Source: Bacteroidaceae bacterium (GTDB taxonomy: Bacteria; Bacteroidota; Bacteroidia; Bacteroidales; Bacteroidaceae). From it: 64,000 bases of DNA. Position numbers and translations under genes: made by a program. The notes beneath the pieces were generated by a model. It was not told the DNA's origin. It did no database searches and saw only the letters and a program-made list of their open reading frames with translations. The stretch spans positions 78,633 through 142,632 of the forward strand of contig JAEESE010000006.1 in the NCBI GenBank assembly GCA_016286165.1. Direction: 5' to 3'. Each line of letters starts with the position of its first letter. The stretch's first letter is position 1. Shown here in pieces: positions 43,142-51,448 of the stretch.

Positions 43142-44479
43142 ATGAGTTTCAAGGAAATCCTTCGTCGATACTTCGATCTTCGTGCCGATAAAGTCCCGGA
43201 GGAAGAGACCATCGCCAATATCCGTGCTGATGCCTCGTTCCGTGGAGCACAGTTGTGGGTCCTTATATTTGCTATCTTTATAGCTTCGTTGGGGTTGAAT
43301 GTCAATTCCACAGCTGTCATTATCGGCGCAATGCTCATTTCGCCTCTCATGGGACCTATCGTAGGCATGGGTCTTGCAGTAGGTATTAATGACCTTGACC
43401 TTTTGCGTGTGTCGGCCAAGAACTTCGGTGTCGCTACCATCATCAGTGTTGCCACCGCCACGGTCTATTTCCTGTTGTCACCTTACCGGGAACTGCAGAG
43501 CGAATTATTGGCACGCACATCTCCGACACTGTATGATGTTCTCATAGCTTTCTTCGGCGGCGCAGCAGGCATTGTGGCTATTGCCACAGGCGGCAAAGGC
43601 AATATCATTCCAGGTGTAGCCATAGCCACAGCTCTCATGCCCCCTTTGTGCACAGCAGGCTATGGACTGGCTACTGGCCAGTGGGTATTTTTCCTTGGTG
43701 CCATTTATCTGTTCTTCATCAACACTGTTTTCATAGCAGTGGCCACCTTCCTTGGCGTCCGCTTAATGCAGTTCAAGCTTCATCCAGAGCTTAATCACGA
43801 GCGAGCTGTTCGTGCTCGTAGGATACTGATTTTTATGGTGGTGCTCACTCTCGTTCCTGCCGGTTTCATGACCTTCTCGCTAGTACGCAAGAGCCTTTTT
43901 GAACAGCGGCTGGCTAATTTCACCGACACAGAACTGTCGTGGCCCGGTACGCAAATCCTTTCACGAAGCACCGACCGCGAGTCTCGTGCCATAAGTGTGG
44001 CTGTTATAGGCCGTGAGATTGAGGCTGCGCAGATAGCTGCGGCCCGTGAGCGTCTGGCGAATTATGGGCTGGCCGACTATCAGTTGAACATAGTACAAGG
44101 CACTCAGAGCGACAGCCTAATCCACCTGCTTGGCGAACTGCAACATTCAAAGACCGACCTCAGCCGCACCACTTTGCAGCAGAACATGCAAATACATTCG
44201 CTCGAAGTGGCACTCGATGATTATCAGCGTCTCAATCGATTGGCTGAGCAACTGCGCCCAGAATTACGTGCACTGTATCCCGATATCTCGGCAATAAGCC
44301 TTGCCCGCACCACGGAGGTGCTTACTGACACTGCTATCACCGAGGCTGCGAAACCCTTAACTATGGCGGTAGTGAGTATGGCTGGCGGCAAGCGTCTCGA
44401 TACAGAGCAGATGCAACGCCTTGCCGAGTGGTTGGAAGCACGTGTTGAAGCTGACACCTTGGCGTTGGTAGTGAGATGA
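43142..44479 (+). CDS. DUF389 family membrane protein
   Basis: IASLGLNVNSTAVIIGAMLISPLMGPIVGMGLAVG and several TM helices, with a soluble C-terminal extension. Confidence 0.7.
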   Translation: MSFKEILRRYFDLRADKVPEEETIANIRADASFRGAQLWVLIFAIFIASLGLNVNSTAVIIGAMLISPLMGPIVGMGLAVGINDLDLLRVSAKNFGVATIISVATATVYFLLSPYRELQSELLARTSPTLYDVLIAFFGGAAGIVAIATGGKGNIIPGVAIATALMPPLCTAGYGLATGQWVFFLGAIYLFFINTVFIAVATFLGVRLMQFKLHPELNHERAVRARRILIFMVVLTLVPAGFMTFSLVRKSLFEQRLANFTDTELSWPGTQILSRSTDRESRAISVAVIGREIEAAQIAAARERLANYGLADYQLNIVQGTQSDSLIHLLGELQHSKTDLSRTTLQQNMQIHSLEVALDDYQRLNRLAEQLRPELRALYPDISAISLARTTEVLTDTAITEAAKPLTMAVVSMAGGKRLDTEQMQRLAEWLEARVEADTLALVVR

Positions 44480-44524
44480 TAGTCCCGGCGACCATTGCTG
44501 ACAGGAATATAAAAGCAACAAAAG

Positions 44525-46069
44525 ATGAGTTACGTTAAAGCCTTTCTGCCTCTTCTTGCGCTACCCGCATATGCCCAGCAGCGTCCCAACATCCTGTATA
44601 TCATGTGCGATGATATGGGGTGGGGCGATTTGTCGTGCTACGGTCAACAGCGTTTCTCGACGCCTAATATCGATCGCTTGGCACAGCAAGGGATGCGGAT
44701 GACGGCAGCTTACGCGGGCAGTCCCGTTTCGGCGCCTTCGCGTGCTTGCTTCATGACGGGGCAGCACTCAGGGCATACCCATGTTCGAGGCAACCGCGAG
44801 TACTGGCGCAACAGCGGAAGCGTGCAGTATGGGCAATGTGAGGATTTTGCCGTAGTGGGACAAGAACCTTACGACCCCAATCACGTCATCCTGCCCGAAA
44901 TCTTCAAGGCCGAAGGCTATCGGACGGGCATGTTCGGCAAGTGGGCGGGCGGTTACGAAGGCAGTAGCTCGACTCCAGACAAGCGCGGTGTGGACGAGTT
45001 CTATGGTTATATTTGTCAGTTTCAGGCACATCTTTATTTCCCCAACTTCCTCAACCGATTCAGTCGCTCGTTGGGCGATACGGCAGTGGTGCGCGAAGTG
45101 TTGGAGCAGAACGTTCAGCATGCCATGTTCGGCGAGGATTACAACAACCGCCGGCAGTACAGCTCCGACCTGATTCACCAGCGCGCATTGGCTTGGTTGC
45201 GCGAGCAGAAGAAAGGTCGTCCGTTCTTCGGCATCTTCACCTACACTCTGCCACATGCTGAACTGCGGCAGCCCGACGATAGTATCTTACAGGCTTTCCG
45301 AGGCAAGTTGCTCCCTGAACGCGAATACCGTGGCGATAATCCGTCGCGCTACAATCCCACGCCTGAGGCTCACGCTCAGTTTGCAGCCATGATTACGCGC
45401 CTTGATGCCCAAGTGGGTGAGATTATGGCTCTGTTGGAGCAGCAGGGCTTAGCAGACAACACAGTGCTCATCTTCACCAGCGACAACGGCCCTCACGAAG
45501 AGGGTGGAGCAGACCCCGAGTATTTCAACCACGACGGAAAGTTCCGAGGCTTAAAGCGCAGCACGCACGAGGGCGGCATTCGAGTGCCGTTCATAGTCCG
45601 CTGGCCCGGGCATATCCGCGCTGGCAGCGAGAGTGACCAGCCCTTCGCCTTCTACGATCTTATGCCTACGTTCTGCGACTTGGCCGGAATCCGCAACTAC
45701 GAGCAACGCTTTCGCCGTCGGCAACCGGAAACAAAGCTCCAAGGTTCATTTCCCGTAAGAGTAGCCAAGCCCGACTACTTCGACGGTATAAGCATACTGC
45801 CTACCTGGTTAGGCAGACAACAGACACAACAACACGACCACCTATACTGGGAGTTTCACGAGACGGATATGCTGGCAGTTCGTCGTGGTGATTGGAAATT
45901 AGTTGTCCGACGCGGAACACCTGCTCTGTACAACCTGAGCAGTGACCCGCACGAGGACCACGACCTGGCGGCTCAGCACCCCGATGTAGTGCGCCAATTA
46001 GTCAACATCATTTACGCCGAACACTCCGACAATCCGCTCTTCCGTGTAACACTGCCCAATAACTCATAA
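44525..46069 (+). CDS. Arylsulfatase (Ser-type formylglycine motif)
   Basis: NILYIMCDDMGWGDLSCYG plus SAPSRACFMTG (S-x-P-x-R) and FTSDNGP. Confidence 0.88.
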   Translation: MSYVKAFLPLLALPAYAQQRPNILYIMCDDMGWGDLSCYGQQRFSTPNIDRLAQQGMRMTAAYAGSPVSAPSRACFMTGQHSGHTHVRGNREYWRNSGSVQYGQCEDFAVVGQEPYDPNHVILPEIFKAEGYRTGMFGKWAGGYEGSSSTPDKRGVDEFYGYICQFQAHLYFPNFLNRFSRSLGDTAVVREVLEQNVQHAMFGEDYNNRRQYSSDLIHQRALAWLREQKKGRPFFGIFTYTLPHAELRQPDDSILQAFRGKLLPEREYRGDNPSRYNPTPEAHAQFAAMITRLDAQVGEIMALLEQQGLADNTVLIFTSDNGPHEEGGADPEYFNHDGKFRGLKRSTHEGGIRVPFIVRWPGHIRAGSESDQPFAFYDLMPTFCDLAGIRNYEQRFRRRQPETKLQGSFPVRVAKPDYFDGISILPTWLGRQQTQQHDHLYWEFHETDMLAVRRGDWKLVVRRGTPALYNLSSDPHEDHDLAAQHPDVVRQLVNIIYAEHSDNPLFRVTLPNNS

Positions 46070-46081
46070 TTAATTCTTGCT

Positions 46082-47479
46082 TTGAAAAAGTATCTCTCAC
46101 TTATCCCTTTCATTGCGCTTATAGCGCTGATATCCATTTGTGTATCAGTGTTCGGTACTGATGCACTTGACGGTGCTACGCAAGTGTCGTTGCTTATAGC
46201 CTCGGCCATTTGTGTGGCTGTGGGCTATGCCATGAAGCGTGTGGAATGGGAATCGCTTGAGCAGGAGATGACAGATAAGATATCCACTTGTATGCCCAGT
46301 ATCATCATCCTGCTGCTCATAGGCGCTATCGGCGGCACATGGATGCTTTCCGGCATCGTGCCTACGATGATTTACTATGGTGTGCAAGTGCTGCGTCCCG
46401 AGTGGTTTCTGGTAAGCAGCAGTCTGTTCTGTGCACTTGTCAGCTTAATGGTAGGGTCGTCATGGACCACAGTGGCCACTATAGGTGTGGCGCTGATGGG
46501 TATAGGTCGTGCTCACGGTTTCGACGATGGTTGGGTGGCCGGCAGCATCATCACCGGAGCCTATTTCGGTGATAAACTTTCGCCGTTGTCCGACACAACC
46601 GTCCTGGCTTCCAGCGTTTCCGGCACACCACTCTTCACACATATTCGATATATGATGAAGACCACTATTCCCACGTTCTGCGTTTCACTGCTCATCTTTA
46701 CCGTGGCAGGCTTGGTGATGAACGTATCGGGTAGCGGTGAGATGAATTTCCTGAACCAGTTGGAAAGCACTTTCTTGATTTCACCGTGGCTGCTATTGGT
46801 GCCAGTGCTTACAGGTGTGATGATAGCGCGCCGCTGGCCCGCTATGGTGGTACTGTTTCTTGCAGCCTTGATGGCTGCCGTCGTGGCCGTGGTGTGGCAG
46901 CCGTCGCTGTTGTCGCAGATATCCGAAGGCGGCTGGTACGAAAACATCATGAAGGTTGTCTATGGTTCTACTCGCATAGAAACGGGAGCCCCAATGCTCG
47001 ACGACCTTGTACACACCAACGGCATGGCAGGCATGATGCCAACAGTGTGGCTTATCATTTGTGCACAAATCTTCGGAGGTGTAGTCACGGCTACCGGTGT
47101 TCTGCGCGATGTGATGCAGATGATAATGTATTTTGTCCGTGGCACAGCGTCGCTGGTAGCATCAACGGCTTTGACGGGCATCTTCTGCAACGTAGCCCTT
47201 GCCGACCAGTTCCTCAGCATCATCCTTACCAGTTCCATGTTCAAGGACGTTTACCGCGACCATGGTTATGAGTCGCGTTTGCTGAGTCGGACCTGTGAGG
47301 ATGGGGCAACGGTAACGAGTGTCTTGGTTCCTTGGAACACTTGTGGCCTCGTGCAGAGCACAGTCCTTGGAGTGGCAACCCTCGCTTACCTCCCTTATTG
47401 CTTCTTCAACTTGCTTTCGCCGGTGACCAGTGTCATTGTCGCTGCAACAAGGCCCATTCCCCGACAGGATAATAATTAG
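46082..47479 (+). CDS. nhaC: Na+/H+ antiporter, NhaC family
   Basis: 465 aa, polytopic, with NhaC-like segments (GGTWMLSGIVPTMIYYG, SWTTVATIGVALMGIG, GAYFGDKLSPLSDTT). The start codon is TTG in the ORF track. Confidence 0.8.
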   Translation: MKKYLSLIPFIALIALISICVSVFGTDALDGATQVSLLIASAICVAVGYAMKRVEWESLEQEMTDKISTCMPSIIILLLIGAIGGTWMLSGIVPTMIYYGVQVLRPEWFLVSSSLFCALVSLMVGSSWTTVATIGVALMGIGRAHGFDDGWVAGSIITGAYFGDKLSPLSDTTVLASSVSGTPLFTHIRYMMKTTIPTFCVSLLIFTVAGLVMNVSGSGEMNFLNQLESTFLISPWLLLVPVLTGVMIARRWPAMVVLFLAALMAAVVAVVWQPSLLSQISEGGWYENIMKVVYGSTRIETGAPMLDDLVHTNGMAGMMPTVWLIICAQIFGGVVTATGVLRDVMQMIMYFVRGTASLVASTALTGIFCNVALADQFLSIILTSSMFKDVYRDHGYESRLLSRTCEDGATVTSVLVPWNTCGLVQSTVLGVATLAYLPYCFFNLLSPVTSVIVAATRPIPRQDNN

Positions 47480-47492
47480 TGTTTTGGGCGGG

Positions 47493-47545
47493 ACGTGAAG
47501 AGGTTTTTGTTGTCATTTGTTTCAAAAACTTCACGTTTTGTTTCC
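47493..47545 (+). terminator. Intrinsic terminator after nhaC
   Basis: acgtgaag(agg)tttttg ... caaaaacttcacgt followed by tttgttt. Confidence 0.7.
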
Positions 47546-47593
47546 TCGCCTTCAAATTTACTGCTTCACCCATTATAGTTCGCAAATAATAGC

Positions 47594-47601
47594 TATATTT
47601 G
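47594..47601 (+). promoter_or_regulatory. -7 box TATATTTG upstream of the first GH43 gene
   Basis: Exact TAnnTTTG match 41 nt upstream of the ATG at 47642. Confidence 0.55.
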
Positions 47602-47641
47602 CAACGGAAAACAGATCGTTAGTTAATCCGTAAATCTTTAT

Positions 47642-49633
47642 ATGATGAAGCGTTATTGTTTGTTACTTATTTTTTCGTCCTTATTCATTAGCCGTGCCAC
47701 GGCGCAGAACCCGATCATCCGCGACCAGTTCACTGCCGACCCTACAGCACGAGTGTTTAATAATAAGGTCTATCTGTTTCCTTCGCACGACATTCTCGTG
47801 CCGGAAGGCGCACGCAAAGACTGGTTCTGTATGGCCGACTATCACGTGTTCTCGTCGGAGAACCTCACGGAGTGGACCGACCATGGAGTGATAGTGTCGC
47901 AGGAAGATGTTCCGTGGGGAAATCCTACGGGCTATTCCATGTGGGCCCCTGACTGCGTAGAGAAGGGCGGCAAATACTATTTCTATTTCCCCAACGGACC
48001 AAAGGGAGGACGTGGTTTCGCAATAGGCGTGGCCACAGCTGACCTGCCTGAAGGCCCCTACCGTTTGGAGGAAAAGCCCATTGTGGGCGTTTCCGGCATT
48101 GACCCATGTGTGCTTGTCGACAACGATGGTCAGGCTTATATCTATTGGAGCGGAATGGGTATCCGCGGCGCCAAACTGAAGGATAATATGAAAGAGCTCG
48201 ACGGGGAACTGCAGGAAGTGAAAATGCAGCGCCGCGAAGGAGCTCCTGAAATGCCGCCCATGAAGGTAGGAGGACAGCAGATGGAAGGCCTGCCCGACGG
48301 TTTCAAGGAGGGCCCCTATGTATTCCACCGAGGCGATTGGTATTATCTCACCTTCCCTTGGGTGCGCCAGGAAGGGGGCACAGAGACGCTGGCTTATGCC
48401 ATGTCGCACTCTCCGTTAGGGCCTTGGGATTTCAAGGGTATAATCATGGCTGAGCATGCCAACCGCTGCTGGACGAATCACCATAGCCTGTTGGAATATC
48501 GCGGTCAGTGGTATCTGTTCTATCATCACAACGATTTCTCGCCACGCGACGACAAACGTCGCTCGGCGCGAATTGAGAAGATTGGTTTCAATACCGACGG
48601 CACAATCCAAGAGGTCAAACCTACCTTGAGAGGAGTTGGCATCCTGCCTGCCACCTCGCGCGTTGAGGTTGACCGCTACAGCGACGCCAGCAACGGCGTG
48701 ACTTATGCATACAACGATACCGCGAACACCTTCCTCGGCTGGCATGCCACGTTGCCAGGCAAGGGCAGTTGGCTGCGTTTTGCCGACGTGGACTTCAGTG
48801 CTATCACCGATGGTTATGTTATTGCCAAGGTTAAGGCAGAAGGCAACACGGAAGTGATTATTAATGCAAAGGGTGATAAGAAGAAAGGGAAGGAGATTGC
48901 ACGGCTCAAGGTCGCTGTGTCAGGCGCTCAAGGACCCTTCCGCCGCAGCACTCGAGGCCAGTGGCTTACGCTGACGGCTCCTCTGACAAACGTGCCCAAT
49001 GGCGTGGCAGATGTCGAGGTTTTGTGCGGCGACAGCGCGTTGAGCGTGGACTGGCTTCAGTTCAAGAATCGTCAGCAGTATTTTACTCCTGTCGACAAGA
49101 AAGCCACTGCAGCCCAGCCCGACGACCGCGGTTTCATACGCCGCTGGCGGCTGATGGAGCCTCAGAAGCAAGATATTCGTTCCAACACAATCTTCACCGA
49201 TTCGTGGTTGCGCGAGACATTTGCCAAAGAACTGGCTAAGTTGCCAAAACAGAAAGCAAAGTGGTACTCGATGGAAAGCCCGACTTACAATATGAAACTG
49301 TTCCACTTTGCCGAGAAATACGGTAGCCAGGCCTATGGCAACCTGTTCTGGTGTGAAACTGTCGTCAACTGTGCAGAGGAAATCAGTGATATCCGCTTGG
49401 CGGCAGGCAGCAATGGAGCCTCAATGTGGTGGCTCAATGGCGAGGAGGTTCTGCTGCTTGAGGGCGACCGCCGAATGGTCGTTGACGATGGTGTGAGCAA
49501 GCGACTGACGCTGAAGAAGGGGCGCAACACGCTTCGCGGTGCAGTCATCAACGGTCCTGGCCTCAGCGATATGTGCATTAGGTTTATCGACGAACAGGGC
49601 AAGCCGGTCAAAGGTTATGACATAGAGAACTGA
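47642..49633 (+). CDS. GH43 glycoside hydrolase with a CBM6-like module and an extra C-terminal domain
   Basis: QNPIIRDQFTADPTARVFNNKVYLFPSHD, MWAPDCVEKGGKYYFYF and EGPYVFHRGDWYY. The CBM6-like segment is RVEVDRYSDASNGV...WLRFADVDF. Confidence 0.8.
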   Translation: MMKRYCLLLIFSSLFISRATAQNPIIRDQFTADPTARVFNNKVYLFPSHDILVPEGARKDWFCMADYHVFSSENLTEWTDHGVIVSQEDVPWGNPTGYSMWAPDCVEKGGKYYFYFPNGPKGGRGFAIGVATADLPEGPYRLEEKPIVGVSGIDPCVLVDNDGQAYIYWSGMGIRGAKLKDNMKELDGELQEVKMQRREGAPEMPPMKVGGQQMEGLPDGFKEGPYVFHRGDWYYLTFPWVRQEGGTETLAYAMSHSPLGPWDFKGIIMAEHANRCWTNHHSLLEYRGQWYLFYHHNDFSPRDDKRRSARIEKIGFNTDGTIQEVKPTLRGVGILPATSRVEVDRYSDASNGVTYAYNDTANTFLGWHATLPGKGSWLRFADVDFSAITDGYVIAKVKAEGNTEVIINAKGDKKKGKEIARLKVAVSGAQGPFRRSTRGQWLTLTAPLTNVPNGVADVEVLCGDSALSVDWLQFKNRQQYFTPVDKKATAAQPDDRGFIRRWRLMEPQKQDIRSNTIFTDSWLRETFAKELAKLPKQKAKWYSMESPTYNMKLFHFAEKYGSQAYGNLFWCETVVNCAEEISDIRLAAGSNGASMWWLNGEEVLLLEGDRRMVVDDGVSKRLTLKKGRNTLRGAVINGPGLSDMCIRFIDEQGKPVKGYDIEN

Positions 49634-49700
49634 ACTGCAGAATCGTTGACACTTTGAGAATCGTATTACCGTTATATCAAATATCGTAAACCTGTCAATC

Positions 49701-51152
49701 ATGAAACGTTATTATTGCTTATTAATAGTCTTCTCTTTATTCACTGGTCGCGCTGCAGCGCAGGTGGGTGCGCCCTATATCCACGATCCATCGACAATAG
49801 CCGAATGCGATGGTAAGTACTACACCTTCGGCACTGGCGGGGGCGGACTTATCTCAGACGACGGTTGGTCTTGGCACGGCGGAGCCGAGCGTCCGGGCGG
49901 CGGCGCTGCCCCTGATGTGATGAAGATAGGCGACCGCTATCTTGTCATCTACGGCGCCACGGGCGGAGGCCTCGGAGGTGGGCACAACGGACGAATACTA
50001 ACCATGTGGAACCGCACGCTCGACCCGAAGTCGCCCGACTTCCGTTATACTACGGCCATCGAGGTGGCTGCCAGCGACGGACTTGAGGACTGCGATGCCA
50101 TAGACCCTTGCTTGCTGCTTGATCCTACCACAGGCCGCCTTTGGGCTTCCTTTGGTACGTATTTCGGAAATATCCGTCTCATCGAACTCGACCCCAAGAC
50201 GGGCGAGCGTGTTCGTGGCAATCAGGAGAAGGACATTGCCATCGACTGCGAAGCCACGGATCTCATCTATCGCGACGGCTGGTATTACCTGCTTGGCACT
50301 CATGGCACCTGCTGCGACGGCGTAAACTCTACATATAACATTATTGTAGGCCGCTCGCGCTCGGTCGAAGGTCCTTATGTGGACAATGTAGGACGTGATA
50401 TGCTTAACGGTGGCGGTAGAATGGTGATTACAGCCGGCGACCGCGTCTGTGGTCCCGGTCATTTCGGACGGACAGTCATCGACGAAGGGGTAGAGGTGAT
50501 GTCGTGCCACTACGAAGCAGACTTCGACCAAGGCGGTCGCAGTGTGCTCGGCCTGCGTCCTCTGCTGTGGAAGAACGGATGGCCCGAGGCCGGCGACCGT
50601 TTCCATGGCGGCACTTTCGCCATCTTGTCGGAGCGTCGTGGCTATTCTCTGGAGCTGGCCGTTGATTTCGTGAGAATTCAGCACGAGCGCCAAGGCTGGC
50701 GACGAGTCAATCCCGACGAGCCTGTCAAGCCGGTGGCTGACCAACAGCTTGCTGATGTAGCTGGCAATTGGCCTCAAGGTGATATCAAAGTCCGTTGCAG
50801 CGATTATATGATGCGGCCTCATCAACTATGGACTATAACCCCCGTGCCCGAAGCCGGCGGCTTCCTCGGAGGGCCTTATTGCAAGATTGTCATTGCCGGC
50901 ACAGAACGGGCTTTGGCTGCTACTGACGATTTGGAACTTACGGCTGTGCCCGCTTTCACCGGTGCTCCTGAGCAGTTGTGGCGCGTCGAGCAGGCAACCG
51001 ACGGCACCTTCCGTATTATGCCGAAGCAGATTCCAGGGCGCGAAGGCATTAACACCACCTATGTTCTGTACTCCGCTGCCGATAGCACGCCCACGCTGGC
51101 TAAGTGGGATTTCGCATCGGATAATGCCAAATGGAGACTGAAACTGAAATAA
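49701..51152 (+). CDS. GH43 endo-arabinanase-like enzyme with a C-terminal ricin-type (CBM13) lectin domain
   Basis: YIHDPSTIAECDGKYYTFGTG and DAIDPCLLLDPTTGRLW. QxW-type repeats: HQLWTI, EQLWRV, AKWRL. Confidence 0.75.
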   Translation: MKRYYCLLIVFSLFTGRAAAQVGAPYIHDPSTIAECDGKYYTFGTGGGGLISDDGWSWHGGAERPGGGAAPDVMKIGDRYLVIYGATGGGLGGGHNGRILTMWNRTLDPKSPDFRYTTAIEVAASDGLEDCDAIDPCLLLDPTTGRLWASFGTYFGNIRLIELDPKTGERVRGNQEKDIAIDCEATDLIYRDGWYYLLGTHGTCCDGVNSTYNIIVGRSRSVEGPYVDNVGRDMLNGGGRMVITAGDRVCGPGHFGRTVIDEGVEVMSCHYEADFDQGGRSVLGLRPLLWKNGWPEAGDRFHGGTFAILSERRGYSLELAVDFVRIQHERQGWRRVNPDEPVKPVADQQLADVAGNWPQGDIKVRCSDYMMRPHQLWTITPVPEAGGFLGGPYCKIVIAGTERALAATDDLELTAVPAFTGAPEQLWRVEQATDGTFRIMPKQIPGREGINTTYVLYSAADSTPTLAKWDFASDNAKWRLKLK

Positions 51153-51204
51153 AGAATCACCAGTCTTTCGCATAGCCTTTTTCAATTATTAGAAAAAGGT
51201 GCCC

Positions 51205-51316
51205 AAAAATTAGACCGGCCTAACATGCAAATTAGGCCGGCCTAATTCGTCTCTAAGGCTGGCCTATTTCGCCAATAAGCTTGGGCTAATTTGCCAATAA
51301 GATTAGGCTTATACAA
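51205..51316. repeat. Tandem array of about five 20-25-bp units built around the palindrome TTAGGCCGGCCTAA
   Basis: aaattagaccggcctaacatgc / aaattaggccggcctaattcgtctc / taaggctggcctatttcgcc / aataagcttgggctaatttgcc / aataagattaggcttatac. Confidence 0.8.
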
Positions 51317-51448
51317 ATCATGACCGTTCATACAAGCCATCATGACCGTTCATGCAAGCCATCATGACCGTTCATGCAGGCCTTTACGAACGTTCATACA
51401 AGCGAATACGACCGGTCATGTTTGGCAGCACGACCGGTCGTATTTTTA
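51317..51448 (-). repeat. Tandem array of six 22-bp units, related to and inverted relative to the array at 18379-18510
   Basis: atcatgaccgttcatacaagcc x3, then degenerating to acgaccggtcat and acgaccggtcgt. The reverse complement of the core (ATGAACGGTCAT) matches the 18.4-kb array core (CGAACGGTCAT). Confidence 0.85.
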
